A stretch of DNA of 64,000 bases. Origin: Lama glama. Its lineage: Eukaryota. The stretch covers positions 13,642,001-13,706,000 of the forward strand of contig CM052818.1 of NCBI GenBank assembly GCA_028534125.1, read 5' to 3'. This document shows, one piece after another, positions 1-14,500 of the stretch; positions within the stretch are counted from its first letter, which is position 1, and each line of letters starts with the position of its first letter. The notes beneath the pieces were generated by a model. It saw only the letters and a list, made by a program, of their open reading frames with translations. It did no database searches and was not told where the DNA came from. The translations under genes and the position numbers were made by a program.

Positions 1-1559
1 GATCTGTGACATGAATAGTAAACCTAGAGGGTCAAAGCAGTTATTGAAGAGAAAGGTGTCAGACTAAATGTAAGTGTGAAGTCACCAACCAACATATTGG
101 CTGGATATTCATCTGAATATCCTAGAAAGCAGTTGGGACATAAGTAACTTATGCAGAGATAATATTTTTAAAACAATCCCAGTTTTACCATCTCAGGCAT
201 ATCTCAAATCACTGTAACAGTTTCAAAATACTCTGAAACTTACAAAATTAATTTAAAGGTAATTAAAACTCCCTATTATGAGCACAGTACTAAGCTATCG
301 GATAGTTTGTTTCCTACCGATACATATACATAGTCTAATATATAGAGTTAACCAATTTATGAAAGGCAGGCTCATGAGCACTCTAGTTGAGGTTTTAAAA
401 AGTCATAAAAAATGGGGAAAGAATAGGTTAATTCTACCTGGAAGAAAAAGTGGAAGTTGCTAAGACATGGACTTTGAAAAGGATTTCAATATGGAGAGGT
501 GATATCTGAGCTGCACTTTAAAGGATGATTATAAAGGGAAAGTCTGCTGATGGAGTGGAAACAGTTTTATCAGTAGATAAAGAAGACAGTAAATAGAGGT
601 CAGACTGTAGAGGGGTTTAGAATATTAGACTTAGGACTCTGAACTTTATTCTGCATGTGTTAGTAAACACTGAAGAATACCCAACATTTCATGGAAACCA
701 AAACTGCTTATTTGGCTATAGTTTTGATACAGTTTTATGGCTATACATTTTAATGCAATTGCCAAGGACTCATAGATTAGAAGAGGTGATATTTTTTAAA
801 AAGCATAAAAATATTACCATTATCATTTATGAAAACAGGCAAATTATCTTAATAAAATTTTGGAAATAGCTATCAGGACCAAGTAGATCTGTGGGAATGC
901 AAAGATGGACAGGCATATAATCTCTATAATGAATTACAGAGAAAAACCATATGATAACAAGATGCAAAAGAGGCAATTTATAGACTTCAATGTACATTTC
1001 CTAGAGAATTTCGAATATTAGGAAATGTCCTTAACTTGGTAAATGGTATCTATCAGAAATTAAGAATATGTATACAACACTGGAGATGTTGCCATTGAAG
1101 TGAGGAAGAAAATAGTCATCACTATAACTCTCATTAGTGTTCTGAGGTCCTAAACAACATGATAAGATTAAAAAGAGGTGGAGGAGTACAAAAACATCTA
1201 CAGATAACCATCTGAAAAACACTAAGTTGCTATAAAACAATGTGTTAGAACTAGTAAGTGAGCAGTGGCCACATAGGTTTGCCAAAATAAACTGCTGTCT
1301 TCTCCAGCAGTCAAACGTTGCCGTGGTATGAGCTCATTTCCACTTCTCACACTTTTTTCACGTTTTGAAGAGCTATGTCAGCAGTGAGTTTGCCCCATCC
1401 CCTGGGGTCCTGGCCAGGGTTAAATCTTATGTCCCAAAACGTATCTCAAGTCAATGAAATTTTTATTAGCCAGACTTAACCTCCAACCCCCTTGATCAAG
1501 CACCCTCAAAATCCAATCCCAAGTGTACTTCTCTGGCTCCCGCTAGTACATGCTAGCTT

Positions 1560-2247
1560 ATTTCAGTTACTTCAGTGTGTAGTCTTCTTCCTACCTTATC
1601 AGGCCCAGCAGTCCCCAGCAGAGTATGCCGAGGTTACCTAACTCTAGTTACCACAGCCTCTCAGCTAAGAGAAGAAACGGGAGCAACTATGGAAGAGGTC
1701 TTTCTGCAAAGGGGTGGGCAGTGTTACCTCTTGCTAGGTATTATGAGCCATTTCTGCAAGCCCTGAGGACCCAAGGGTGTCTACAGAGCCAAAATCCTCA
1801 GGGACACCATCCCTAGTTTCAAAGCTTCAGACTTTTCCCAACCAGGGCCCTAGATGCATAGCAGACCTCTCTAGGCTGAACATTCTAACACCTTTAGAGC
1901 TCTGTAACTGTCAAATCTCATGTCTGTTCTTCCACTGCAGGGCCTCTTATGAAGCCTAAAGTGTCGCCCTGGCTCCCAAACTTAGTTCTTAACTGTATTA
2001 AGCGCCTCATTTCATTTTCCTTCTGCAAGGCAATAGTACAACTTAATCTATCCTTGTAAGCATTGTTTCCCCCATACCTTTCAAATCCTGAATCACTGAA
2101 TAGGCAACAGCATTCTTCCTCCTTCTAGGATGTTTTCCTAGGTCACTACTGGTGTAGTCAGTAGTCACTTTGTGCCAGAGGCTAAGTAAACCATTCCCCA
2201 AACCCCATCTTACTGCCTGATTTCTGGCACCCCTCCCCATATTACCA
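1560..2247 (-). mobile_element. ERVL internal fragment (ERV3-16A3-int-like) adjoining an LTR16
   Basis: The minus strand directly after the LTR reads TTGGTAAT...GGCAGTAAGATGGGGTTTGGGGAATGG, like the recalled ERVL internal start. Degenerate; left boundary approximate. Confidence 0.55.
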
Positions 2248-2706
2248 ATGTCAGTTCTGTCCTCAGAGAGGCATATGCCAATAAAGGATTAGTCATACAA
2301 GATACTGACTGGGGGAAATGTCTGTGAAGGATAAAATAAGTGGGCTCAGGAATTGACAAGGAGAGCCCACATACCACAGTGCAAGTCTGACCTCTGTAAA
2401 AGGAGGGAGGGAAGGAAATACTGGATAGAAAGAACTTCAGACTATTGTAATTCCAAGAAAGTCTCATTCAGGCTAGTAAGTTCCTCAAGCCAAAGATGCC
2501 CATTTTAGAGGAGTTCTGCTTTGGACAGCAAGGACAAATTTTGTATCCCTGCTATGCTCAATCACCGGCTGGGAGCAGCTGGAGCTATCTGTGGCTTCAG
2601 CACAAACATAATGGTGTATCCAAAAGGGTGGCAGCTGGCTGTCAACTATGTTCCCCAAAGCAAGTTCTCTTTAAGGAGATGTGAGTGGTGTACTTATGGC
2701 CACCAC
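2248..2706 (-). mobile_element. LTR16-family (ERVL) long terminal repeat
   Basis: The minus strand starts TGTGGTGGCCAT, contains GCTGCTCCCAGCC and TTTATCCTTCACAGACATTTCCCCCA, and ends GAACTGACA, matching the recalled LTR16 consensus. Confidence 0.7.
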
Positions 2707-3889
2707 ACCAAATATCAAAACAAATTACAGCAATTAAAACTCATACTAGAGTTGATCAAATAAAATAATGGAAAAATAATGAATTCAGACTTAAATCCAG
2801 ATATATGTATATAATTGTGTGTGTCTGTGAATTTAATAAAGAATATGATCTAAGTAGCATTTCAACAAGAGAATGAATTATCTCCACAAAAAATCAAAGG
2901 ATCAGGGGTGAGAATTTGAGGGCAGGGTAAAAGTCTACACAGAGGGGCTACAGGCCTGGGTCCACTTCCCTATCCCCATTACCAAAAGACTCCCCTCCAA
3001 ACACATATACCCATTCGTACCCATACATGCCCATGTAACACTGCCGCCGCCATCTTAGAAGAATGATTTATTTTCTGAAACTGGAGAAACTTTTGACTTG
3101 GGGACACTTGTCACAGGAGATAGTGGGAGATTGTGAAACAGGGTTAAAAGTGGGAATTAAGTGAAAGCCTGAATACCAAATAGTTGGATCTCTAGTCTTC
3201 CTCTGTCTTTACTCAGGCAGGATATAGGGGAATACCTGGAGAAACTTACACTCCCCCAAAGAAAAGACTTCTAAAAACATCTGGTAAGAGTTAGGGGAGG
3301 GGCTGTGATGGGAAAAGGAAATCACCCAAGGGAAGACCAATAGTCTGTAACCTTGCTCTTGAGAGTAGAGAGGCAGGGTTTGGTAGGGGTCAAATGGTGA
3401 AGAGCTTTATATGCCATCCTACAGAACTTTATCCTATTAGAAATCAGAAACTATGGAAGATGTTAAAATAATATGAATTTGTTTCATGTATCACTCAGTG
3501 GTGTGTCAAGAATTGACTGCTTGGAGATAGAAATTAGAGACAACAATCTGGAGCTTTCAAATATTAACTGAATCTCAGTTGAGTTCATAGGGTAGTTTTT
3601 AAATTATCTGCTACAGGGAATGTCAAAATAAGTAGTTAACTTCTAGAGGAAACTTCATTCTTTCAATAGTTATTGAGCACCTGCTGTATTCCACGCCCTA
3701 TGCTAGGCACTGGAGACACAATGGTGTGAAAAAAAAAAAGTTCCCTGGATTCTTGAAAATTTTTCATCTAGATATGGAAACAGTTATTAATCAAAAATTT
3801 TACATAAAGCTCCAAGTACGACAAATGCTACAAATGGAGGGGCACGTGGTGCTATAACAATGTGTAATAAATAGGAAGATAAAAGTAAT

Positions 3890-4370
3890 ACTCTTGTCTT
3901 CCTAGCATCTATTTTACCCATATCACATAGTGTAACATCCATGGGATTTGGGTGGGATTAACCCCACTCCCAACTACAAGCATGGGGTCTGATTAGCCTC
4001 AGCCAGTCAATACTCGGCATTCCCTAGACCACAAAACTTTAGGTTCAAGGATGGGCACGTGACATAAGTCAATATAATCACAATGCAACAAGGGATAAGT
4101 GAAGAAACTCTTTCGACATGGATGAACTATGTAGCCTTGGCTACCAGCTTAGGATACGAAAGGAGTCATCCTTAAAATGAATCTGACAGAGCAGAAAGTA
4201 GAATTGAGAAGCAGAAAGAAATCAGTTTCTCGACGGTACTGTTGAGTCACTCAATCAAATCAACCCTGAAGTTCCTCTTACCTCCAGACTTTTTATTCAC
4301 ATAAGCCAATAAATTCTCTTAGCACTTAAACCAGTGTGAATTGGGTTTTTTGGTACATTCCAAGAGGATT
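3890..4370 (+). mobile_element. MaLR LTR (MLT1J/K-like)
   Basis: Motifs GGTTCAAGGATGGGCACGTGAC and AGCCAATAAATTCTCTT...TTAAACCAGTGTGAATTGGGTTTT are typical of MLT1. It appears to interrupt L2 remnants. Boundaries approximate. Confidence 0.6.
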
Positions 4371-4949
4371 TGAACTAGTCAGGAGAGTCAGAGACGGCTC
4401 TTCTATGTAAGTGATAATTGCGGTGGTAACTGAAGTATAAAAACAGGAGTCGTCATGAGATGACTAGAAGGAAGAAAGTTAAGACAAAAAAGTGTCAATT
4501 TTAACTCAGATCAAGTAAAGTGGGTTGAAAATTTTCAACTGGCATTATCAACATAGATGTCTTTAGTGAGTTTATCAAGAGCTTTCTGGTGAGTGCTAGG
4601 GGTGATGGAAACCAGAAAAGATAGGTTCAAGGGAGGAGTATGGGAGGTGAGGAAATGAAGGGAGGATAAACAAGTTCAACCTTTGAACAGTTTGGCTAAA
4701 AAGGGGGAAAGAAATAGGAATGTAGCTGAAGAGGATGTAGGTTATCAGTTTTGATGGCTTATTTAAATGGGGACGGCCTTAAGGATTAATCACCTTAAGG
4801 GAAAAAATGAGTGAATATAGCAAAAAACTTTCATAAAAGTTTTTTCATAAAAACATCTTACAGAATAAGGAAGGGTGAAAACAAAAAGCCTCACATTTCA
4901 AAGATGTAAGACATGACCCAGTTTACCCTGTAGAGAATAACAATATACA

Positions 4950-5180
4950 TTTTTTAACCCTCAAGAATTACAAAGTGTAATGTGTCCTCAAAAGACATTT
5001 GGCTATTATGGAAGATAATTCTGATTATCACAACAGGAGAAGGGGGTGCAATACTTCAGCATCCAGTGGGTAGAAGAAAGGGATACAGCTAAACATCCTG
5101 TAATGCACAGGACAGCCTCTTACAATTAAGAATTACCCAGCCCAAAATGTCCATGGTGCCAAGGTTGAAAACCCCTGCTC
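4950..5180 (+). mobile_element. MER20 hAT-Charlie MITE
   Basis: GACATTTGGC...CATCCAGTGGGTAGA...GCTAAACATCCTGTAATGCACAGGACAGCC...AAGAATTACCCAGCCCAAAATGTC...GCCAAGGTTGAAAACCCCTG matches the recalled MER20 consensus. Confidence 0.8.
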
Positions 5181-6289
5181 TAGGAATTTAACTTACAAAT
5201 AATGGTACACATGAAATAACTTCTGTGTAATCATTTACTGTTTGAAACTGCAAACTATTGGAAATGACACATATACATAAATAGAAGATAGTTTAAATAA
5301 ACTAGGGTACATTAATACAACAGTATGTGTGGTATTCCATTATGTGTGTTTAAAAAAAGGGTGGTAGATGTAAATGTTGCAACCCTTGGAATGGAACTCT
5401 AATGACTGCCTGAAGAAAATCTCTGCTAGGGAAAACACATTGTTGCAGTGCACTTCCGACTTCCACCTTCCGACTTCCACCTTCGTGTGTTTTAGAGAAA
5501 ACTGCTCTGGCCTTGTCAGTGCTCCTCTCCATGAGGTGAGAAGTCCATGAAACCAAGGGATGTATCCACCTGGAACCCACTCTTCCCATTCTAGACCATG
5601 CTCTGGGCACCCTCAAATTCCCTGTCCCAAAGGCCAAGCCGGCTCCCAGGGTCTGCACAGTCCTTTTCCCAAACTGTCCTCCTGAGGAGTGGCCAAGGGA
5701 TGACTACCTTCAGGAATGTACAGACAGGGCTTGGACAGAAGGCTTGGGGTAACCTAGGTATGCACATGAGGGCTATCAAAGTGCAGGACAGAGCTGAGGT
5801 GTGAGAAGAGAAGAAAGGCAGACTAAGGACTTCAGGGGCCAGAGGGAGATTCTGGAACTCAGAGGAATTCAAGAATTCTAGATTTGAATCTGGTTTCCAG
5901 GTCATTATGAAAATATATTTGTTAAGGTATACCAAAGGTAGGAAAAGAAAATATACTTTAACAACTTGACTTAAAACTTTTAAATTTTTAGACTTCTAAT
6001 TTTTAAATCTTTTAAAGTATATGGTCTTCCATTTGTATGCTTGTCCTGCACTTTACAAATGTTAGAGGTGGGCCTGTTGCAGTAGAAGAAAGAGGGAATC
6101 CCTATGACCTAGGGCAAGAAAAAAATCAACAACGTGTGCCTGAGAATCCAGCAAGGGGCAAGAGATAAGACCTAAGAGTTTAAATTTGTTCCCTTATTTC
6201 TTTGTTCCCTTATCCCAGATCTTAGGGAGTATAGCAGAAAAGAGATACTTAATGGGAAGATAGCAGGGATGCTTTGAAACATTTTTCAG

Positions 6290-6780
6290 ATCATTTCACT
6301 CCTTAGTTCAAACTCTCCAATGGATCTGCAACTCATTCAAAGTAAAATCTAAGGCCCTTCAACAGCTTTTCTCCCACTCCCAACCTTATGTCCCACAATT
6401 TTCCCCCTTTCTCACTCCACTCCAGTCACACTGCTTTCTTTGCTATCCTTCTCGCTCACTCAGCATTCTACAGCCTCAAGGCCTTTGTACTTTCCTTCTT
6501 CCTTGCTCTCACTTCCCCTAGGCAAATGCATGGCTGACTGCCTCTCCTCAGAGGCCTTCTTCAGTAAACACCATTACCTTTCCCAAATTCACTCTTTAAT
6601 CTTTTGTTACTGTATTTTTTGGTCATAACATTTACCAGTCCCTGGCACATATCTGTTTTATTGTCTTCCTACACTAGAATGTAAGCTCTATGAGAACAGG
6701 GACTTTTTCTATTTATTCAGTCTAGAACAGTGTCTAGCACATAGTAAATACTCAACAAATATTTGCTGAATAACTGACTA
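6290..6780 (+). mobile_element. L2 LINE 3' fragment
   Basis: CTAGAATGTAAGCTCTATGAGAACAGGGAC...TAGAACAGTGTCTAGCACATAGTAAATACTCAACAAATATTTGCTGAAT is the typical L2 3' end. Confidence 0.75.
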
Positions 6781-7352
6781 AAGACAGGAAATGACTCCTA
6801 TTATTTCAATTTTTTCCAGAGTTCTGTCTTATTTGTGGGATATCAAAGTCTTAACAGGTATAGTGTCAAAGTGACCTCTGTATAGTCCTCACTCCTTTAA
6901 CTTAATACATAACATACATAAATTCTTTTAGGCCAGTAACACATTATGATTTGGTTCACCTGATCCCCTCAGTCCTGAACACCTTTCAAACCAAACTCCC
7001 ACTCAGGTGTCCTCTAACATCAGGCTCAAAAGTTATCTGTGTGAAGCTTTCTCTGACCTAAGACAGAAATGTTATTTTCTCTGGGCTCAAAATGCATTTT
7101 GTCCACATGAGTCACAGCATTTAACCTGGCTCTATGCTACATAATATTATAACTACTTAATTCAAGTATTTTTTTTAGGTTCTGTTTAGATTACAAAGAA
7201 ATCGTGTGTCCAGATTTTGAAATTAAATTTTTTTTAATCTGGCGCATGCTATGGGTAAGACGTCTCACGTTTTAGTGTACCGCGGGAGGGGTGTACGCAC
7301 AAGATCTTGTCAAAACCTAAGCGCGTTTTGACAACACCACTGATAAGGAATG

Positions 7353-7373
7353 ACTACAACTCCCAAGATGCAC
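7353..7373 (+). promoter_or_regulatory. ZNF143 / THAP11(Ronin)-HCF1 composite motif
   Basis: ACTACAACTCCCAAGATGCAC fits the ACTACAnnTCCCAnnnTGC consensus. Confidence 0.75.
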
Positions 7374-8049
7374 TTCAGGGTAAACGTGTGCGTCTCGACA
7401 GGTTTACACCTTTCAGACTAACGGGTTGTAAAGAGCTGGCGGGAGAACAGGCTAAAACTGTCTTTAAAAATGAATAGTAGGATTCTACTAAGACCGAACG
7501 GGAATTTAAATAAACGACTGCCCAGCACATGACTTGTATCCACTGCGCAATATTTAACAACTAATGTGATGTTTGACAATTAACGTGAGTGCCAAGAGAA
7601 TTCCTCCGCTTATTCAGTGCAGATGACCTCCCGAAAGATAACGCAAGAAAAGCCAGCAAGAGAAACAAAAATATCAAAACAATGCTCTTAGACGTGTTAG
7701 AAGGTAGCTCCCCGCCACTTTCCGAAACTTATCTGAAGACTTCTTTTCCGAGATTACAAACAGGCGAAGGACACTGTATTTTCATGAAGCTGAAAGTATG
7801 CTTTTCAACGGCTAGGCACCAAAAGCCTAACGGTAAAATACTTTGGAGGGAAATAGGAAACTATCAACACAATTTTGTACGATGTTATAACCGCCTGGGG
7901 ATACCCATTACTCTTCCTGAGGAAATGCTTAACCGTAACGGACTTCAAAATGGGTTTTAGTGGGTGTTTCATGTTAAGTGAATTTCACCTCAGTTTTACA
8001 GGGTGCCCTTAAAGGGCTCAAAGTTCCTAACGTCCTCACAGAAAGAGGT

Positions 8050-9250
<1,201 letters not shown>

Positions 9251-9390
9251 AAGAGTGTGAGAGAGAAGGAGAGAAGTAATGCGAGACAAGGTAGTGATCT
9301 CGTTCTAGGGTACTGAAGGCCCCCCCCCACTTTATTTTCTTATCCATTATATTCCTGCTACAAAAGGTTTAGTGAAACTTTATTTTCTGA

Positions 9391-9391
9391 G

Positions 9392-9432
<41 letters not shown>
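9391..9432. repeat. (GTT)14 microsatellite
   Basis: Perfect trinucleotide run in intron 1. Confidence 0.95.
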
Positions 9433-10346
9433 AACCCATTTTACCAACGAGCTCCAGTTGCCACTGTCGACAGGTGCTGGGGAAAACCAAAAAGCACCTT
9501 TTCCTGGGGTTATTGCAGACTGTTGCCACGGTACATGCACGCACAGGCACAGACATCTTCGGTCTGAGATCCCTCCAGGCTACCTTTGTAGAGGGTGCTA
9601 TGGAAAAGTGGATACTTTACAACCTCAACAAGTTTGGACACCAGAGCAGATTGTAAATTTGTATTCGTTGATGTATTGTACGAGTCATATGTAAAGTATT
9701 TTTAAATTATGAAATGTAGAGCCTTAATTTTAACACACCTTATTGTAATCTGAACACCTCGGTTTGAGTAACTGGTATATGCAGATAAAAGAAAATTAGC
9801 AATCTTAGATTTATTCTTGACATATTTTGTACTCTTGCACTTTCTCTTTTATTTTAAATAGTCATGGGCATTTATTTTTACACGATCTGTCCTTCCTTTT
9901 GTTCTTCTGAAGAAAAGGATAAATGCAGTTCTGTAATTTGTATACTAAGTACTTAGACCCCTGTTGTGGTCCTTTGTAATTGTTTTGTTAAACTGGAAAT
10001 GCAATAAAGTAACTTTGTTAAAAAGAATTTGGCTTCAGGTGGTCATTTAGACCTTAAAATTTTTACTTCAATAAAACTATAATAAGTCATCTAGTCTCTG
10101 TATATTCTTGATCTGAATGTTTGTCTTTGATTTCTTTCCTTTAAAAGGTATATAGGATGATATGTTCTAAGTTAATTACGAAGCTGTGATCTTGAGAGAA
10201 AAATGTAAATTGGAATACATTTGATTACTTCAGATGTCTGCTGGGGGAAGAAAAAATTTAAAGTTTTTTTTTTAATGTGTATTCTGATGTTTTATTCAGG
10301 GTTTTATAAATTGAAACTTACAAATATTATTTTCTTTATCTTTCAG

Positions 10347-10402
10347 GATCACTACTCTTGGAATCAAAGATAAATCCAAACACTGCATATCAGAAGCAAC
10401 AG
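10347..10402 (+). CDS. PPP4R3B: PPP4R3B coding exon 2 (GC donor)
   Basis: tttcag|GA TCA CTA...; (G)SLLLESKINPNTAYQKQQ; donor CAG|gcaagt. Confidence 0.95.
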
Positions 10403-11029
10403 GCAAGTAGTTATTTATCTTTAATTTGAAAGGCTTCATCTGTGATCAAAGAAGTGTTAATCTGACAAAGATGGGAAAGCTTTCCTGACAAGAAAAAACA
10501 TGTTTGGTAAACAAAGATACAGCCCATACGTATTCCCCTTGCAGGTTAAAAGTTTCAAATTAAAAAGTGAATGTTTGTACTGGCAGTAATTTTTTATTTT
10601 TGAATTGAGCCACTGTTAGTTCGTATTAAGATACAGTGCATTCACTAGCCATATTTAACTGCAGTTAGGTATCTTCTGTGCTGTGTTCACTAAGCCTTTA
10701 TTCTCAATGACATTTAAAGGAAATGGCTTAAAAGAAAATTCACAGGGGTCCTCTTTAAAGCAAGGAAAACCTGTTTGTGGTGTGAAATTAGATCCTTTGA
10801 CTCATTCAGAGGTAAAGATTTTGAAGTAGAAGCATTTAAATTCTGTTCTTTGTGTATTTTTTAATATAATAACTAATGGATGATGAAAGTGTACACTGCC
10901 GATGATGTAATGTTTTCTGTTAATATTTATTGTCTTATTTGGGAAAGAAAACCTGTGTTGTGTTTTAGTGTGCCTAATTACCTAATCTGGAAATGGCAGC
11001 AGTGATTCAACCTTTATTCTGTGAATGTT

Positions 11030-11520
11030 TTCATTTTTATTATGGAAGATTTCAAAATTGAAAAGTACAGAGAATAATACAGTGAGTCTCTGTGTAACAC
11101 CACCAAATTTAACAATGTTAGCATTATGCCATATTTGTTTCAAATCTTTTTGTAACATGGAACATTGTGGATAGAGTTATAACCTCCTTTGTACCTGTCT
11201 TGTTCTATCCATTCTCCATCCTCCCTGTAGGTAACCACTATTCTGAAGTTGATGTGTATTATTTCTGTACATGCTTTTATACCTTTTCTGCACATGTATG
11301 TATTCATAAATAATATGTAGTCTTTTGTGTTTTTAAACTTTACACAATTGATCTCGTATTCTTACATGTATTCTGCAACTTTCATTTTTCACTCAACGTT
11401 ATTTTGAAGATTTGCTCATGTTAACAATGTAGATCTAGTTGGGGTTTTTTTGAACTGTATAGTATTCTGATGTACGATATACACCTATTGTTAGACATTT
11501 GGATTACTTCCAGGTTTTTT
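11030..11520 (-). mobile_element. Old L1 (L1ME-like) 3' fragment
   Basis: AGGTAACCACTATTCTGAAGTTGATGTGTATT...TTCTGCAACTTTCATTTTTCACTCAAC is typical of antisense L1M 3' UTR sequence. Confidence 0.6.
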
Positions 11521-14500
11521 TTGTGTGTGTAAAGTAAATACGGCAGATTTTTCAAGGAAAAGAAATTATTTGGGAATTATATTTACATCATCAATGCCTA
11601 CTGTTTTCAAAGTCAGTGAAAATTGGGATGCCCAGAAACAAATACTTCATGGTTGGAGGAATGAAATTACATCTATTGCACAATGCATTATTAGTAAAAG
11701 TCTTACTGTTAAGCAGTTTTTGTGTGTGTGTATACAATACATTCTTGATCAGTCTTTGAAATATTTTTAAATTTTTCAATATTCAATTAAGTTTTTTTCT
11801 CTGCTTAGAAAATAATGTCTTTTTTGATGGATAATCAAATTAAACATTGTCCTGATTTGAATACCTGAAGACGTTTTCTGTAACTTAGATGTTTTAAGGT
11901 AGATATTTAAGTACATTTAATTTCTAAGTAAGCCAGGCAGGTGGTTACTGTCTTTGTACTGACTTTTACCAGATAGCCATTTTTCATTTGTTTTTTTACT
12001 TGCTTGTTTCTTGGGGGAAAAATGCTAACATTCTGTAATCATTTTTTTCCTACCTGCATGAGTATAAAATTCTTAGGAACTGTGTTAAGTGTGACACCCC
12101 ACAAATTAGTTATGTTACAGATTCTTCTCAAATTGTATGCAAGATCATTTAGTTGTTCTTACAATTGGAAAGATCACATTATGGCAGAGTTTTGTGTATA
12201 AAATGGTCCCCCAACATTAGTCCAGAATTACACAATGGTTCTGTGAATATTTTTAGAAACTTTGGGACATAATTTTATATGTAATGTTACTCTGCTTAAA
12301 AATTTAAGTATTGGAGGAAAGAAAACTTTTCTTAAAAAATGTATGCCATTGGGAAAATGTTTTATGTAGTCACATTTAAATAATATACTACTAGGGCTTT
12401 AAAAAATTTTTTTTCTAATTGAAGTACTTTTACTAAATAACATTAAAGTATAAAAAGAATATGGCAATGAGACTACTATGAAAAAGCTGTGTATATAAGA
12501 ATGAAAAACCTGTGTAAATGGGGTCACTTGTTTTATTTTCTTTATTTTTGTTTAAGTTGAGTGCGCTTTTCTAATAGAAATCAAAGAGTCATATAGGAGT
12601 TATGTTAAACTTAGTTTCTTTGTAATAGATAATAATTTCTGTATTTTCACCAAAATCTTGTTATTTGCACTTTTTACCAGGTTACACAAATTGGGATTTG
12701 CAAACACTTTTTTCTGTGTTCATTAGAATTACCTTTTTTTTCAGTAGTCTAGAAAATTACTTATTTCCAAAATTTATATGAATTAAATTGATCATTATTG
12801 AGTTTTCAATTGAAAAAAAAACTTGAATGAGTTAATGAGATGTTCATAGTTTATAAGATATTTTGCTACATTAAAGTGCATTGAATAAAATCTGAGAGGA
12901 ATGTTTAACATTCTTCTTTTAATATTACAGTTCTAATATAAGCTAAGTACTGAAATATGGGCTCAAAATACATTGTTTTGTTTTCCAAAAGCAAAGTACT
13001 GAATTGCGGGCTCAAAATAAATTAAAATGAATTGAGTTGGATGTTATTGACTCAGTATCAATAGGTAATCACTGATTTACATCACTTTCCTGTTTACTGG
13101 GGGCAATATTGAAGTAGTTAGTGGGAAGAAGATATATTTACCTTAAGGGAACAAATAAACTTGCAAAGTATTTAAATAAACACGTTGGGGAGAGAAGAGA
13201 ATGATTATACAGTGGAACATAAAGTGACTGATACGTGTGTCAAAATTTTTTAAGTTATTTAGAATCAATCCCACTGATCTGGACTAAATCAAAAGCAGTA
13301 ACAGGGTGTATACCTTTTATATTTAACAATTGTGTGTTAATTGGCTTTAGGAGAGATGTATAAGGAAATCCTCATTCTGGGTTTTATTGGGAGGCAAGAC
13401 ATAACAGGTGAAACAATTACAGAATAGTAATAAAATAGCTAATAAAGTGTTTTAACCCAGTCCTCATCAAAAGCCCACGAAAGCATTTCATGGATAAGGC
13501 AACTACGGCATAGAAAGGTTAAGTTTCTTAACTGAGATTATACAGCAGGTATGCACCAACACAAAATACTGTGAAAAGCAACTTTATTCCACAGACGTGG
13601 TCAGTATAAAATTAGAGAAAGCAGAGATTTATTTGAGCCAAAATCACTGAGAAAACTTCACTCTTTTTGGTGGTGTCTGCTGAAGGTACTGTGATATGGA
13701 AGGAAATAGTACACCTGACACAAAAGATATTAAGCCTGTATGCAGCAGAGTTTTCTTATTTGAAAGCTTGGTTTGCTAAACAAAAGGGAGCCATTATGGC
13801 TTCTTCAGTAGGAGCCTGTGTGAAACTGATACTGTTTAGGAAGCTGGTGTGGCAATGTCATGAATAATGAGTTGAGAGTAGGGAGGGAAACAGAAGAGCT
13901 TTAGGTAGCAAGACCTTTTGCAATAATTCAGATACAAGAAAATGAAAGTCTGTTCCAGCATAGTAAATTGAATTGAAAAAAAGGGAAAGAACTCCAGTAT
14001 ATTTTTAAGAAAGTGTTGGATGATTTGTTGAATGATTAAATATGAAAGAGAAGGAATCAAAGGTCACTAGTAGTGTTTTTGAGTCTTGAGGCCAGGAAAA
14101 TGATGGTTCTCTCCAGAAATGAGGAAGTTGAGAAGAAAGCAGGTTTATATTAATCATTTGGTTAGAGGCTTGTTTATTTTAAAAAATCAACAAATAAAAA
14201 TTTAAAAAGCTCTGTATTTCAAATAGGCAGTACATTCACATAATTAAAAATTTGGAAGGAATTTGTAAAGTCTCTGTCCCATCCTGGACTCTGTGCAGTT
14301 TCACTTGCTAGAGGTCACCAGGGTTACCAGTTTTGTATATATTTTGCTAGAGTTTAATACACATGTAAACAAACACGCATGCAATCATATACATATATAT
14401 ATATATACACACACACACACATATATTCTCCCTTTTATTGACATAAATAGTAGTGTACTATATATTCTGTGCCTTTTTTTTCATCTAGGCTTTGAAGTGA

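Noticed and set aside
5453..5484. 14-bp tandem duplication CTTCCGACTTCCAC x2
   Set aside because: Simple slippage duplication within a probable old hAT-like relic, with no functional cue. The relic's family could not be named confidently.
9522..9535. RFX X-box-like GTTGCCACGGTAC
   Set aside because: The second half-site is imperfect, so it is too weak to call from sequence alone.
9358..9694. Poly-Leu and poly-Asn ORFs
   Set aside because: They are translations of the (GTT)14 microsatellite.
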